A stretch of DNA of 64,000 nucleotides from a virus, in IMG/VR virus record IMGVR_UViG_3300025012_000003; one strand, 5' to 3'. The notes below the pieces were generated by a model. The model made no database searches. It was not told the DNA's origin and worked only from the letters and a program-made list of their open reading frames with translations. Positions 55,631 through 64,000 of this stretch are shown here, one piece after another. Both the position numbers and the translations under genes were made by a program. Every line of letters starts with the position of its first letter. Positions within the stretch are counted from its first letter, which is position 1.

Positions 55631-56791
55631 TTATCCTCTAGTTGCTCCAAGAATGAATTTATATTTCTTACTGAAATCTAAGAATGTCTGAGTAGAAGCC
55701 ATTATAGTTTGAATATTGGCATCTAGCCTTAAAATATCCCTAGCTAAAAGTACTGCATATTCTCCAACGAAACCATCTTGTAGGGTATATTTGAATATGT
55801 TTTCTAGTTGTTGTTTATCTGCTTTCAGTGCTTTAGCTGTTAGGCTTGAACATAGAGCAAACATAACATCGGGGGAATTAGGGATAGGGGCTTGTTTGAA
55901 ATTACCTTCCAAAATATATTCTGGGTTAGGAAGTTTAGAATATAATTTAGTATATTGATAAAAATCGAAACTGTTTCCTTCTCCTATTAATCCAGAGATT
56001 AAAGGCATAGCATCTTCTACACTTAGATAGTTAAGAACTTCTGATACTTTTTCCCATGAGCGAGGGGTAGGAAATGCGTTATCGTCTGAATTTGCATCGA
56101 ATTTATGTAACATAGAGTTTTGATAGTTAAGATAACCTACTACTTTTTCAGAAATTCCATTAGGTAAAGCCCAAGCTTTCCAATCATCTATTTCTACGGT
56201 TATTTTTAAATGGGCTAATCTGTTAGCTAAAGCTTTAGGCATCTTATAGGCTACCGACTTATCAGTTACCTCATTACCAGCACACATAACTAAACAATTA
56301 TCTGGTAATTTATGTTCTCCTATTTGTCTATCTAAGGTTATTTGGTAAGCTGCTGCTTGAACCGTAGGAGGTGCTGCTGATATTTCATCTAAGATTAAGA
56401 AATTCATATAATCATTAGAAGGGTTCATGTTAAATAATTGAGGTCTTAACCACTTAGCTACGGTTGGTTTTAGCTTGTCGATGTTCTCTTGGGTAGGATT
56501 ATCTAAAATATCTTGGTCGTCTACGGAAGGAACTGGGATACCTCTTAAATCTACTGGATTGAATAATAATAATCTTACATCACTCGTATGGGTTTTCTTA
56601 CTAAATTTTTTACCCAACTTTTCGACTACTTGACCCATTGCTTGAGATTTACCTATACCTGGGCTACCCCATAGCATAATAGGTTGTACTTTTTTAAATG
56701 AACCTGTTTTTGTGTAAACATTTCCTGCATAATTAACCATAAGATTGATTAATTCGTTTACTTTTAGTTTTTGTCCTAAGTTTTCAGCCAT
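55631..56791 (-). CDS. MoxR-like AAA+ ATPase
   Basis: LWGSPGIGKS, DLRGIP, LDEISAA, AGN, ALANR motifs. Confidence 0.92.
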   Translation of the reverse strand: MAENLGQKLKVNELINLMVNYAGNVYTKTGSFKKVQPIMLWGSPGIGKSQAMGQVVEKLGKKFSKKTHTSDVRLLLFNPVDLRGIPVPSVDDQDILDNPTQENIDKLKPTVAKWLRPQLFNMNPSNDYMNFLILDEISAAPPTVQAAAYQITLDRQIGEHKLPDNCLVMCAGNEVTDKSVAYKMPKALANRLAHLKITVEIDDWKAWALPNGISEKVVGYLNYQNSMLHKFDANSDDNAFPTPRSWEKVSEVLNYLSVEDAMPLISGLIGEGNSFDFYQYTKLYSKLPNPEYILEGNFKQAPIPNSPDVMFALCSSLTAKALKADKQQLENIFKYTLQDGFVGEYAVLLARDILRLDANIQTIMASTQTFLDFSKKYKFILGATRG

Positions 56792-56846
56792 AAATACAGT
56801 TCTCCTTTTTAAATAAAATTTCTACTTGAATTCTTTTCATATTATT

Positions 56847-56875
56847 ATACTAACAATATAATTTAGTTAAGTCAA
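56847..56875 (-). promoter_or_regulatory. sigma70-type promoter
   Basis: TTGACT-N17-TAGTAT with TG. Confidence 0.55.
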
Positions 56876-56910
56876 TACTTTTTCTTTTCGTATTAAGTTA
56901 TTGTTACAAA

Positions 56911-58311
56911 CTAATTTTTCTTACCGTCATTTAGATAGACACTTTGACCAAAAGGTGCGGGGGACATGTTATTTTGAGTCATAATCCAGAGAGTAGGAAT
57001 CCCTTCTGAAAGCTCCTCGCAGTCATCATAGTAGCACTCTCCATCCGTAAGTAGGACAATACCTGCAATGTCTTCAGTTCTAAAATCATCTCTTTTATGG
57101 ATAGCTTCAAAACATACCCTAAAGCATGTTCCTCCACCAGACCTAGGTTTATTCTGAAGTACATCTTGAACATCCTCAAACTTCTGTAAACTATGCACTG
57201 CTGTATCAAAATATCCCAACCAACCTGTCATAGATGCAAATTGTTGAATAGCTCCTACAACTTCAGAATACACGTCTTCTATTTCTTTATCACTCATGGA
57301 ACCCGAGATATCTATAAAGAATAATATATTTTTTACTTCATTCTCGGTATCATTAAAATCAGGAAGCATACAATCAGTTATAGAGTACAATCTTTTATCT
57401 GGAGGATTAAATGAATAGTCATTTACAATAGGGCTTACAAATTCATTTAGTAATTGTCTCCAGTCCTTTTTAGGAGGTTTTAATTTAATTAAAAGTTCCT
57501 GTAAGAAAGCTGGAAGATTACCACAAGATTTATCTTGATGTTGTTTAGCTGCACTAATCATGAGTTGTTCCCACTCTTGTTGAGACATTTCAACTTCTTC
57601 CATACCCTCACCAGAGATACATTGTTGTCCTTTATTTTTATCTTTTCCGTCTTTACTATCTTTATCGTCCCCCTGATTTTTATCTTTATCCCACATACCA
57701 TGGTCGTCGAGAAGTTTCTCAGTTAATTTTTCTAACTTAGATTTACCGTTTCCGTCTTTATCTTGGTCTTGTTTATTTTGCTGATTTTGTTGGGACTTAC
57801 CACTTTTACCGCCTTGACCTTGACCATCTCCTTGTCCTCCAGAAGATGAGGACATCTGTTGACATTGTTTTAATAGTATATCATAAATTTCTTCCGCTGA
57901 CATTTTAGCGTATTTAGGGTCATATAATCCTTCATTTTTACCAGAAGGCATACGAAAATCACTATTTTCAAATTGTTTTAAAATATCATGTATTGCATAA
58001 TCACAAGCTAAATTGAAAACCATAGCATTTCTTGAATCTCTTCTACGAATATGTCCATTCGATACGTGCATGATTTCATGAGCTATCAACCATTTTAATT
58101 CAGGTAATGAAAGCTGTTCTAAGAATTCTGGATTAAATATAATTTTGGAACCGTTAGTACCTGCTGTAGGAATTTCTTCATCAACTAAGTATTTAAATTT
58201 TAATGCAAGTATCCCAAAGAAAGGAAATTCTTTAATAAGTTTCCATTTACATAATGTTATTTTTTCTTTTAATTTTTCGATATCTACTTTTGATTTAGTC
58301 ATAGATGTCAT
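56911..58311 (-). CDS. DUF2201-like metallopeptidase plus vWA domain protein
   Basis: TAGTNG...HEIMH (HExxH)...N.ACD..I; MIDAS DISGSMS, GGGT, LTDG. Confidence 0.9.
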   Translation of the reverse strand: MTSMTKSKVDIEKLKEKITLCKWKLIKEFPFFGILALKFKYLVDEEIPTAGTNGSKIIFNPEFLEQLSLPELKWLIAHEIMHVSNGHIRRRDSRNAMVFNLACDYAIHDILKQFENSDFRMPSGKNEGLYDPKYAKMSAEEIYDILLKQCQQMSSSSGGQGDGQGQGGKSGKSQQNQQNKQDQDKDGNGKSKLEKLTEKLLDDHGMWDKDKNQGDDKDSKDGKDKNKGQQCISGEGMEEVEMSQQEWEQLMISAAKQHQDKSCGNLPAFLQELLIKLKPPKKDWRQLLNEFVSPIVNDYSFNPPDKRLYSITDCMLPDFNDTENEVKNILFFIDISGSMSDKEIEDVYSEVVGAIQQFASMTGWLGYFDTAVHSLQKFEDVQDVLQNKPRSGGGTCFRVCFEAIHKRDDFRTEDIAGIVLLTDGECYYDDCEELSEGIPTLWIMTQNNMSPAPFGQSVYLNDGKKN

Positions 58312-58401
58312 CCTTAGCTCCTTGATTAAGTGTTATTAGTATGATTATTAATTTTATTATTAACCCAATTTTGTTAAATGTCAACCCTTTGTAAAGAAAT
58401 A

Positions 58402-58758
58402 TTAAATATTATCTGTAAGTTCTAGCATCATTTTTATGCGGTCTATTATATCTTCATCTATAGTAGGTAGTTGATGTATGAATAAATAATACTCATATTT
58501 ATCTACTTTTTTAACATCTATCTCATATATTTTAAATATTCTGACTATTTCTTCTATAGTTAATATTTGATAAGTAAGAATTTGTTCTAAGTTAAAATAC
58601 CCACTAAAAGTTTCTATCAAATCTAAAGGAAGTTTGTAATTTTCTACTAAAGATTTAAAATTTACTTTATATTGTAGACAAGCCAATAAATACCCATCTA
58701 AAGTTTTATAGTTATTCATGAATATATCATTATATTCATTATTAAGAAAACCACTCAA
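58402..58758 (-). CDS. Hypothetical helical-repeat protein
   Basis: Repeated YQ.L...I motif. Confidence 0.55.
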   Translation of the reverse strand: MSGFLNNEYNDIFMNNYKTLDGYLLACLQYKVNFKSLVENYKLPLDLIETFSGYFNLEQILTYQILTIEEIVRIFKIYEIDVKKVDKYEYYLFIHQLPTIDEDIIDRIKMMLELTDNI

Positions 58759-58789
58759 TACAAATTCCTTTAAATAATCTGATATTTAA

Positions 58790-58818
58790 AGAATAGCATA
58801 ATAATTTAAATAATGCAA
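58790..58818 (-). promoter_or_regulatory. sigma70-type promoter
   Basis: TTGCAT-N17-TATTCT with TG. Confidence 0.6.
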
Positions 58819-58835
58819 GTCATTGTAAAGGGATA

Positions 58836-59225
58836 TTAAGATATTAATTCGTAAAAGGCTTGGAGTCTCAATTTAGCATTTAGAGCTAGTTTTTGGGTTT
58901 GTACTATTATGGGTATGTATTCTCTTAGTAAAACCATATTATCTATTAAAAATTTTTGAGGATAGCTATTTCTATCCATAACAGCAGGAATATTTAATTT
59001 ATGCTTGAAATTAATTAAAATATCTTCAGTTATAATTCCTACTAAAGAGTAGGCTTCCCAGTGCATCTGATGCTCAAACTCTTTTAGAAAAGCTACAGAT
59101 AATTTATGATTAGGATTCATGCTTATATTAAAGAAAGAAACATTAGCACTAAGAGCTTTTCTCTCTCTTTTGTTAAGTTTCTTCCAATTTTTTATAAAAT
59201 ATTCTTCTCTGGGATTTTTATACAT
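58836..59225 (-). CDS. Hypothetical helical-repeat protein
   Basis: L...F..EF...W repeats. Confidence 0.55.
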   Translation of the reverse strand: MYKNPREEYFIKNWKKLNKRERKALSANVSFFNISMNPNHKLSVAFLKEFEHQMHWEAYSLVGIITEDILINFKHKLNIPAVMDRNSYPQKFLIDNMVLLREYIPIIVQTQKLALNAKLRLQAFYELIS

Positions 59226-59367
59226 TTTTCTTACTTAATATCTTTAAAGATACTTCCCCACATCGGAGACACTCTGAAAAACATACTAAGTCAAATCCCT
59301 TCTCGTTTTCCAACTTACGAGCATGTACTATTATTTTTCTATGCTCCTCGCAATAATTTTTTTCCAT
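59218..59367 (-). CDS. Small Cys/His protein (49 aa, start revised to MEKNYC)
   Basis: GGGG RBS and promoter directly upstream; the longer ORF-track version overlaps the opposite-strand gene. Confidence 0.55.
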   Translation of the reverse strand: MEKNYCEEHRKIIVHARKLENEKGFDLVCFSECLRCGEVSLKILSKKNV

Positions 59368-59383
59368 AAAACCCCCATAGATT

Positions 59384-59448
59384 ATTATAACATATTTTAA
59401 AAAATTACGCAATAGGGTATTGACAAAATTGTTACAAAATGATATAAT
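59384..59448. promoter_or_regulatory. Back-to-back divergent sigma70 promoters
   Basis: Minus: TTGCGT-N17-TATAAT at 59384-59412. Plus: TTGACA-N17-TATAAT at 59420-59448. Confidence 0.85.
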
Positions 59449-59491
59449 GGATATGTAAAGCGGTACATTTATAATTAAGGGGAGAAATTTA

Positions 59492-60406
59492 ATGTCAGAT
59501 GACAAAAGACAAGAAATAATATTGATGGATGAACGTGGAAATAACATTATAGAGGTAAATCCAGATAACATAGCTCGTAATTTAGTGTCTTTAACTACTA
59601 GAACCGATATAATGACTCCAGAGGACAAAAAATTCTTCATAGATAATACAGAGCGTTGGGGTATGGTACAACAAAATTGTCATATCTGGAGAACTAGTAC
59701 TGAAAAACGTAGTATTTTATCTGAACTTCCAACAACTCATCTTAAATTTCATCAGGCTATATTAGAAAATAAAGTATTTGTTGATGAAACTGTCAGATTA
59801 GCCAAGGATGCAGAGATTCAAAAGTTGGATGCAGAGGAATTATATGTTGATATAGAGAATATCAAAGAAGAAATATCTGAATTTACAAAACAAAGAGAAG
59901 ATTATGAAGAAGATAGTTCTGAATATAAACAACTTTCTTATAGAATAAGAAAGAAAGATATTGAGTTAAGAAAAAAGACAGTAGAACTTCAAGAAAAAGC
60001 TTATCAGATTCAACAATCTGCTATAGCTATGAAATATAGAGTTGATGAATTAAAAGATTGGAAGCAATTCGAAGATGAAATGATAGAACAGATGAAGTCT
60101 GAAGGTTTTACTGATGAAGAAATATGGGATAAAAATTCCGCTCAACTCTTTGGATATTTCTATTTGTTCTTAACTAAGTTCAATGCTGTTAAAAGTTCTA
60201 CGGATTCAGGAGAAGTCCATAACTTGACCTACTTAGCTAGATTCTCAGTAGAAGAAGCTATAAAATCAGGTGATTTTGAAAGTTGGGTAACAAGATGTGA
60301 TAGAACTCAACTTCAATCTTTAGCAGACTTAGGTTATATAGGAATTAAAGAAGAAAACGGAAAGTTACAGATATTAATACCAGAGCAATTTAGAGTTAAA
60401 AAGTGA
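59492..60406 (+). CDS. Coiled-coil hypothetical protein, possible partner of the propeller fibres
   Basis: AAGGGGAG RBS, consensus promoter, long coiled coil. Confidence 0.7.
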   Translation: MSDDKRQEIILMDERGNNIIEVNPDNIARNLVSLTTRTDIMTPEDKKFFIDNTERWGMVQQNCHIWRTSTEKRSILSELPTTHLKFHQAILENKVFVDETVRLAKDAEIQKLDAEELYVDIENIKEEISEFTKQREDYEEDSSEYKQLSYRIRKKDIELRKKTVELQEKAYQIQQSAIAMKYRVDELKDWKQFEDEMIEQMKSEGFTDEEIWDKNSAQLFGYFYLFLTKFNAVKSSTDSGEVHNLTYLARFSVEEAIKSGDFESWVTRCDRTQLQSLADLGYIGIKEENGKLQILIPEQFRVKK

Positions 60407-60451
60407 ACTAGATAGATACGCTTTTATAAAAAGAACTAAATAAGTACATAA

Positions 60452-60477
60452 AAATCCCCTATAAATATAGGGGATTT
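60452..60477. terminator. Terminator between convergent genes
   Basis: AAATCCCCTATA/TATAGGGGATTT stem. Confidence 0.8.
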
Positions 60478-60498
60478 ATTTTATTTGAGTTTATTCTA

Positions 60499-60768
60499 TT
60501 AAGCAGGAGGTAACTCTGCTTGTAATTCTTCTAATGTTTTAAGAACTACTGCGTTATCTACTACTTTAATAATAGAATTAATGAAGTTATTGGCTTGCAT
60601 GAAGGTAGTTAGTTCTTCAGTAGGCTGAGGTATAGTATCGAAAGTAAAGTTACACCACATCCCTACATCATTGTAGTTATCTCCACCTTGATTTTCATCT
60701 ATTCCTATACAAAGAATAGAACCATCTACTCCATTAGCTGTAACGCATCTGTAAATAGTATTTGACAT
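60499..60768 (-). CDS. Small protein, tail fibre assembly chaperone candidate
   Basis: Immediately after the fibre gene; AGGAG RBS. Confidence 0.5.
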   Translation of the reverse strand: MSNTIYRCVTANGVDGSILCIGIDENQGGDNYNDVGMWCNFTFDTIPQPTEELTTFMQANNFINSIIKVVDNAVVLKTLEELQAELPPA

Positions 60769-60793
60769 TTTGTTTCTCCTATCTAATTATAAT

Positions 60794-63037
60794 TTAAAAA
60801 TATGATATTTCTGCTATCTTAGTTGAAACTACTGGTAATGTTATTTGGGTATTAAATTTTTCTGTAACAGCAGAAGTAGTGCTACCTCCAAAAGATAAGG
60901 CTGAGTTTTGAGTACCACATCCTGCTAATGATTGTCTTGCGGTATTAAGTTTTCCAGTATTTGTCCAAGTGGAGCCATTAAATTTTTCAGATACTCCAGT
61001 AGCTCCAGCACCGTCATCACCCCCAAAAACAGCCCCATTATTCTGGGTACCGCATGCTCCCATAAAACTTTTAACAGTACTCATAGAACCTGTGTTAGAC
61101 CAAGTAGCCCCGTTAAATTTTTCAGTTGTTGAAACATAAGATAATTGTGCAATCCAACCACCAAAAGATAATCCAGAGTTCTGAGTACCACAACCAGACA
61201 ATCTTTGTCTAGCAGAATTTAAACCTCCCGTATTAGTCCAAGTAGAACCATTAAACTTTTCTGTAGCACTTGTAACAGAATTACCTGTACCTGCGGGGGT
61301 ACCTCCAAAAGACAAACCTGCTATTTGAGTACCGCTTCCTGCTAAATAACACCTAGCATTATTCATGTTTCCAGTGTTAGCCCAAGTAGCTCCATTAAAT
61401 TTCTCTGTTATAACAACAGATGTATTAGTCCAACCCCCGAAACTTAATCCAGAGTTTTGAGTACCGCAAGAGCCTATTCCGTATCTACCAGTGTTTAAGT
61501 TCCCTGAATTAGCCCAAGTAGAGCCGTTAAATTTCTCTGTTACATTACTCCCTGCATTATTTCCCCCAAAACTTAATCCAGAGTTTTCAAATCCGCATCC
61601 AGACAATAAATCTCTACCTGTGTTTAAATTTCCGCTACTTGTCCATACTCCTCCAACAACGTCATCTAGGAATCCAAGAGTAGCTAAGTCATTTTGTTCT
61701 TCCTCAGTTAATCCATTACTTACAGGTCTTACTTCTACTGAGAGATAACAAGGTGCTGTCATCTTTATATTTTTAGCATTAAAAGAAGTTATTTCTTTAA
61801 AGTCAGTATCGTTTTTTAAATTTATATATTGAGAGAATAAAGGCTCTCCTGTAAATTTTTCAGTACTGGATAAAGTAGTTCCTGTGGTACTTCCTCCAAA
61901 AATAAATGCTAAATTTTGAGAACTACAACTACCACATCCCCTTCTACCTGTATTTAAAGTGCTGGTAGTAGTCCAAATAGTACCATTAAATTTTTCAGAT
62001 GTTACAGTATAAGCAACACTTCCTAATCCCCCTGCGGATAGGGAAGCATTTTGAATCCCGAATCCAGATAAAAGTCTTTTTCCCTCATTTAAACTACCAC
62101 TGTTAATCCAAACAGTACCATTAAATTTTTCTGTATAAGTAACATTTCCTAATCCTCCAAAACGCAATGCAGAATTTCTATGTCCACATCCAGCAATATC
62201 ACTACCTGTATTGTTTAAAGACCCTGTGGTAGTCCAAGAGGAACCGTTAAAACTATTAACGGTAGAAACAGGAGCAGTATCTCCAAAAGAATCTGTATTT
62301 CCGCCTATAGCTAAAGCAGCAGTTTGAGTTCCACATCCAGCAAGTACCCATCTAGCCGTATTTATACTACCCGTAGCAGTCCATGCAGAGCCATTAAATT
62401 TTTCAGTTACCGCAGATACTGTAGAGGTATTTAAAGCTCCTCCTAAGCTTAATCCAGAGTTTTGACCTCCACATCCAGCTAATCCATATCTAGCGGTATT
62501 CATGTTTCCTGTGTTAGACCAAGCAGAGCCATTAAATTTTTCAGCTATGGCGGAGGGGGCACCTGTATTTCCGCCAAAATTTGTAGAAGAATTTTGGGTA
62601 CCACATCCAGCAGTATTAGCTTTAGCAGTGTTTAAATTTCCAGAAGCAGTCCATATATTTTTTACAAAACTATTTATCATATTAGTCATGTTAAAATACT
62701 TATCACCAGTAGATGAAATATAAAATTCTTTATACATCTCATCTATAGTTAATATAGTAGCACTTCCACCACCAGAACCCCCGCCACCAGTACCAGTTAT
62801 TTCTAACCATCCAGTATTTCCAGAGTTAGTACTCTTCCTATATAATTTACCTGTTCCAGAAGTATTAGTATCTTGATATAATACACCTATAGTGGAAGTA
62901 ACAACTCCTTCAGGAGAACCACTTCCTTGTATAACTACAGCATTATAAGCATTATAGATAACATTGAAATTAGAATTAACTTCAGGAGCTACCGCTAATG
63001 TACCAGATGTAAATGTATAAGGTTTATTAATTGTCAT
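60794..63037 (-). CDS. Receptor-binding / fibre protein with two Kelch-like beta-propeller blocks
   Basis: About 47-aa repeats G.LNT.R...GCG.Q...L.FGG....EKFNG..W; N-terminal virion-anchor motif A.EVNSNF..I. Confidence 0.8.
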   Translation of the reverse strand: MTINKPYTFTSGTLAVAPEVNSNFNVIYNAYNAVVIQGSGSPEGVVTSTIGVLYQDTNTSGTGKLYRKSTNSGNTGWLEITGTGGGGSGGGSATILTIDEMYKEFYISSTGDKYFNMTNMINSFVKNIWTASGNLNTAKANTAGCGTQNSSTNFGGNTGAPSAIAEKFNGSAWSNTGNMNTARYGLAGCGGQNSGLSLGGALNTSTVSAVTEKFNGSAWTATGSINTARWVLAGCGTQTAALAIGGNTDSFGDTAPVSTVNSFNGSSWTTTGSLNNTGSDIAGCGHRNSALRFGGLGNVTYTEKFNGTVWINSGSLNEGKRLLSGFGIQNASLSAGGLGSVAYTVTSEKFNGTIWTTTSTLNTGRRGCGSCSSQNLAFIFGGSTTGTTLSSTEKFTGEPLFSQYINLKNDTDFKEITSFNAKNIKMTAPCYLSVEVRPVSNGLTEEEQNDLATLGFLDDVVGGVWTSSGNLNTGRDLLSGCGFENSGLSFGGNNAGSNVTEKFNGSTWANSGNLNTGRYGIGSCGTQNSGLSFGGWTNTSVVITEKFNGATWANTGNMNNARCYLAGSGTQIAGLSFGGTPAGTGNSVTSATEKFNGSTWTNTGGLNSARQRLSGCGTQNSGLSFGGWIAQLSYVSTTEKFNGATWSNTGSMSTVKSFMGACGTQNNGAVFGGDDGAGATGVSEKFNGSTWTNTGKLNTARQSLAGCGTQNSALSFGGSTTSAVTEKFNTQITLPVVSTKIAEISYF
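61620..61753. repeat. Perfect direct repeat of at least 134 bp, shared with 63867-64000
   Basis: Identical sequence encoding PCYLSVEVRPVSNGLTEEEQNDLATLGFLDDVVGGVWTSSGNLNT. Confidence 0.97.
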
Positions 63038-63055
63038 AATATATTTATTCCCTTA

Positions 63056-64000
63056 TTATCCATAAATAACTTCGAAAGATTTTTGTCCGCTTGTCGGTAA
63101 TGTTATTTGAGTATTGAATTTTTCAGTAGTAAGTAATCTAGTTCCATTATATCCAGAAAAAGATAAACTAGCGTTTTGAGTTCCAGAGGTACAACCACTT
63201 TGTTTAGTGGTCAACATATCAGAGGTATTATACCAATAATTTCCATTAAATTTTTCTACTGTAGCAGTATAAGAATTTCCCCCACAATTCATAGCATTGG
63301 TTTGGGTACCTGAATTACTAGAATAATTTCTATTAGATATAACATTACTAGTAAAATACCAAGAAGCCCCATTAAATTTCTCCGCCACGGTACTTCCAGA
63401 AACTTGATAACCTCCACATATTAATCCAGAACTAGAAGAACCACAACAACCTAACCAACTTTTTCCTACGTTCATGTTTCCGCTATTAGCCCAAGTGGAG
63501 CCATTAAATTTTTCAGTATTATTAAATGTAGTAGAATCATTAGTTCCCCCACATCTAACACCAGAATTTTGAGTTCCAATTCCTTGAAGGAATCCATAGG
63601 ATGCTGTTACTAAGTTTCCGCTATTAGCCCATGTAGAACCATTAAATTTTTCAGTTACGTTTGAATAAGTAGTAGAATATCCTCCGAAACATACTCCCGC
63701 AGTTTTTACTCCAAAGCTACCTAAAGCTCGTCTAGCAGTTCCCATAGTTCCTGAAGTACTCCAAGTGCTTCCATTGAATAATTCAGTATTGTTTAAATTA
63801 TTAACACCATCATATCCTCCACAAGCTACACTTGAATCTTGTAATCCAAATCCAGCTCCTAGGGAAGTGTTTAAATTTCCGCTACTTGTCCATACTCCTC
63901 CAACAACGTCATCTAGGAATCCAAGAGTAGCTAAGTCATTTTGTTCTTCCTCAGTTAATCCATTACTTACAGGTCTTACTTCTACTGAGAGATAACAAGG
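63056..64000 (-). CDS. Paralogous Kelch-like propeller fibre, 5' end beyond the window
   Basis: Frame open from 64000 to 63056; same repeats and same linker. Confidence 0.85.
   Translation of the reverse strand, partial: PCYLSVEVRPVSNGLTEEEQNDLATLGFLDDVVGGVWTSSGNLNTSLGAGFGLQDSSVACGGYDGVNNLNNTELFNGSTWSTSGTMGTARRALGSFGVKTAGVCFGGYSTTYSNVTEKFNGSTWANSGNLVTASYGFLQGIGTQNSGVRCGGTNDSTTFNNTEKFNGSTWANSGNMNVGKSWLGCCGSSSSGLICGGYQVSGSTVAEKFNGASWYFTSNVISNRNYSSNSGTQTNAMNCGGNSYTATVEKFNGNYWYNTSDMLTTKQSGCTSGTQNASLSFSGYNGTRLLTTEKFNTQITLPTSGQKSFEVIYG

Noticed and set aside
56979-57209. 76-aa same-strand ORF inside the vWA gene
   Set aside because: An alternative frame within a conserved domain, with no supporting signals.
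59368-59640. N-terminal extension of the 140-aa minus ORF
   Set aside because: Overlaps the divergent promoters and the plus-strand gene; the real start is probably 59367.
837-63995. Many short plus-strand ORFs in the track (e.g. 1317, 4536, 15520, 33316, 34648, 52052, 61491, 63765)
   Set aside because: Antisense shadows of well-supported minus-strand genes, with no RBS or promoter support.
60794-64000. Diversity-generating retroelement TR/VR pair
   Set aside because: The repeat is perfect rather than adenine-mismatched, and no reverse transcriptase is in the window.
1-64000. Stop-codon recoding, as seen in some large phages
   Set aside because: Long genes are intact under code 11, and TAA, TAG and TGA all end genes.
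1-64000. tRNA or rRNA genes
   Set aside because: No cloverleaf or T-loop signatures seen by eye; tRNAscan-SE would confirm.

Overview
AT-rich segment of a large tailed phage (contractile-tail myovirus with a T4-like morphogenesis gene set), almost all on the minus strand, standard genetic code. From left to right: replication and nucleotide genes (partial DnaB, SF2 helicase, HAD phosphatase, dNMP kinase, 5'-3' exonuclease); M15 peptidase; tail fibre, baseplate, tape measure, tube, sheath and neck genes; a block of probable head-internal proteins, several with ADP-ribosyltransferase-like folds; a J-domain/SWIM island; major capsid, protease-scaffold, portal and an intein-containing large terminase; a phage sigma factor; primase; a non-coding island flanked by 60-bp direct repeats; a DenV-like glycosylase; a repeat-rich virion fibre; a MoxR/vWA-peptidase pair; and paralogous Kelch-like beta-propeller fibres sharing an identical linker of at least 134 bp. 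Two promoter classes are visible: host sigma70-type (TTGACA-N17-TATAAT) and a recurring TTTATATTATA motif, inferred to be the late promoter. No database searches were run. Family assignments come from motif recognition and gene order. Host unknown.
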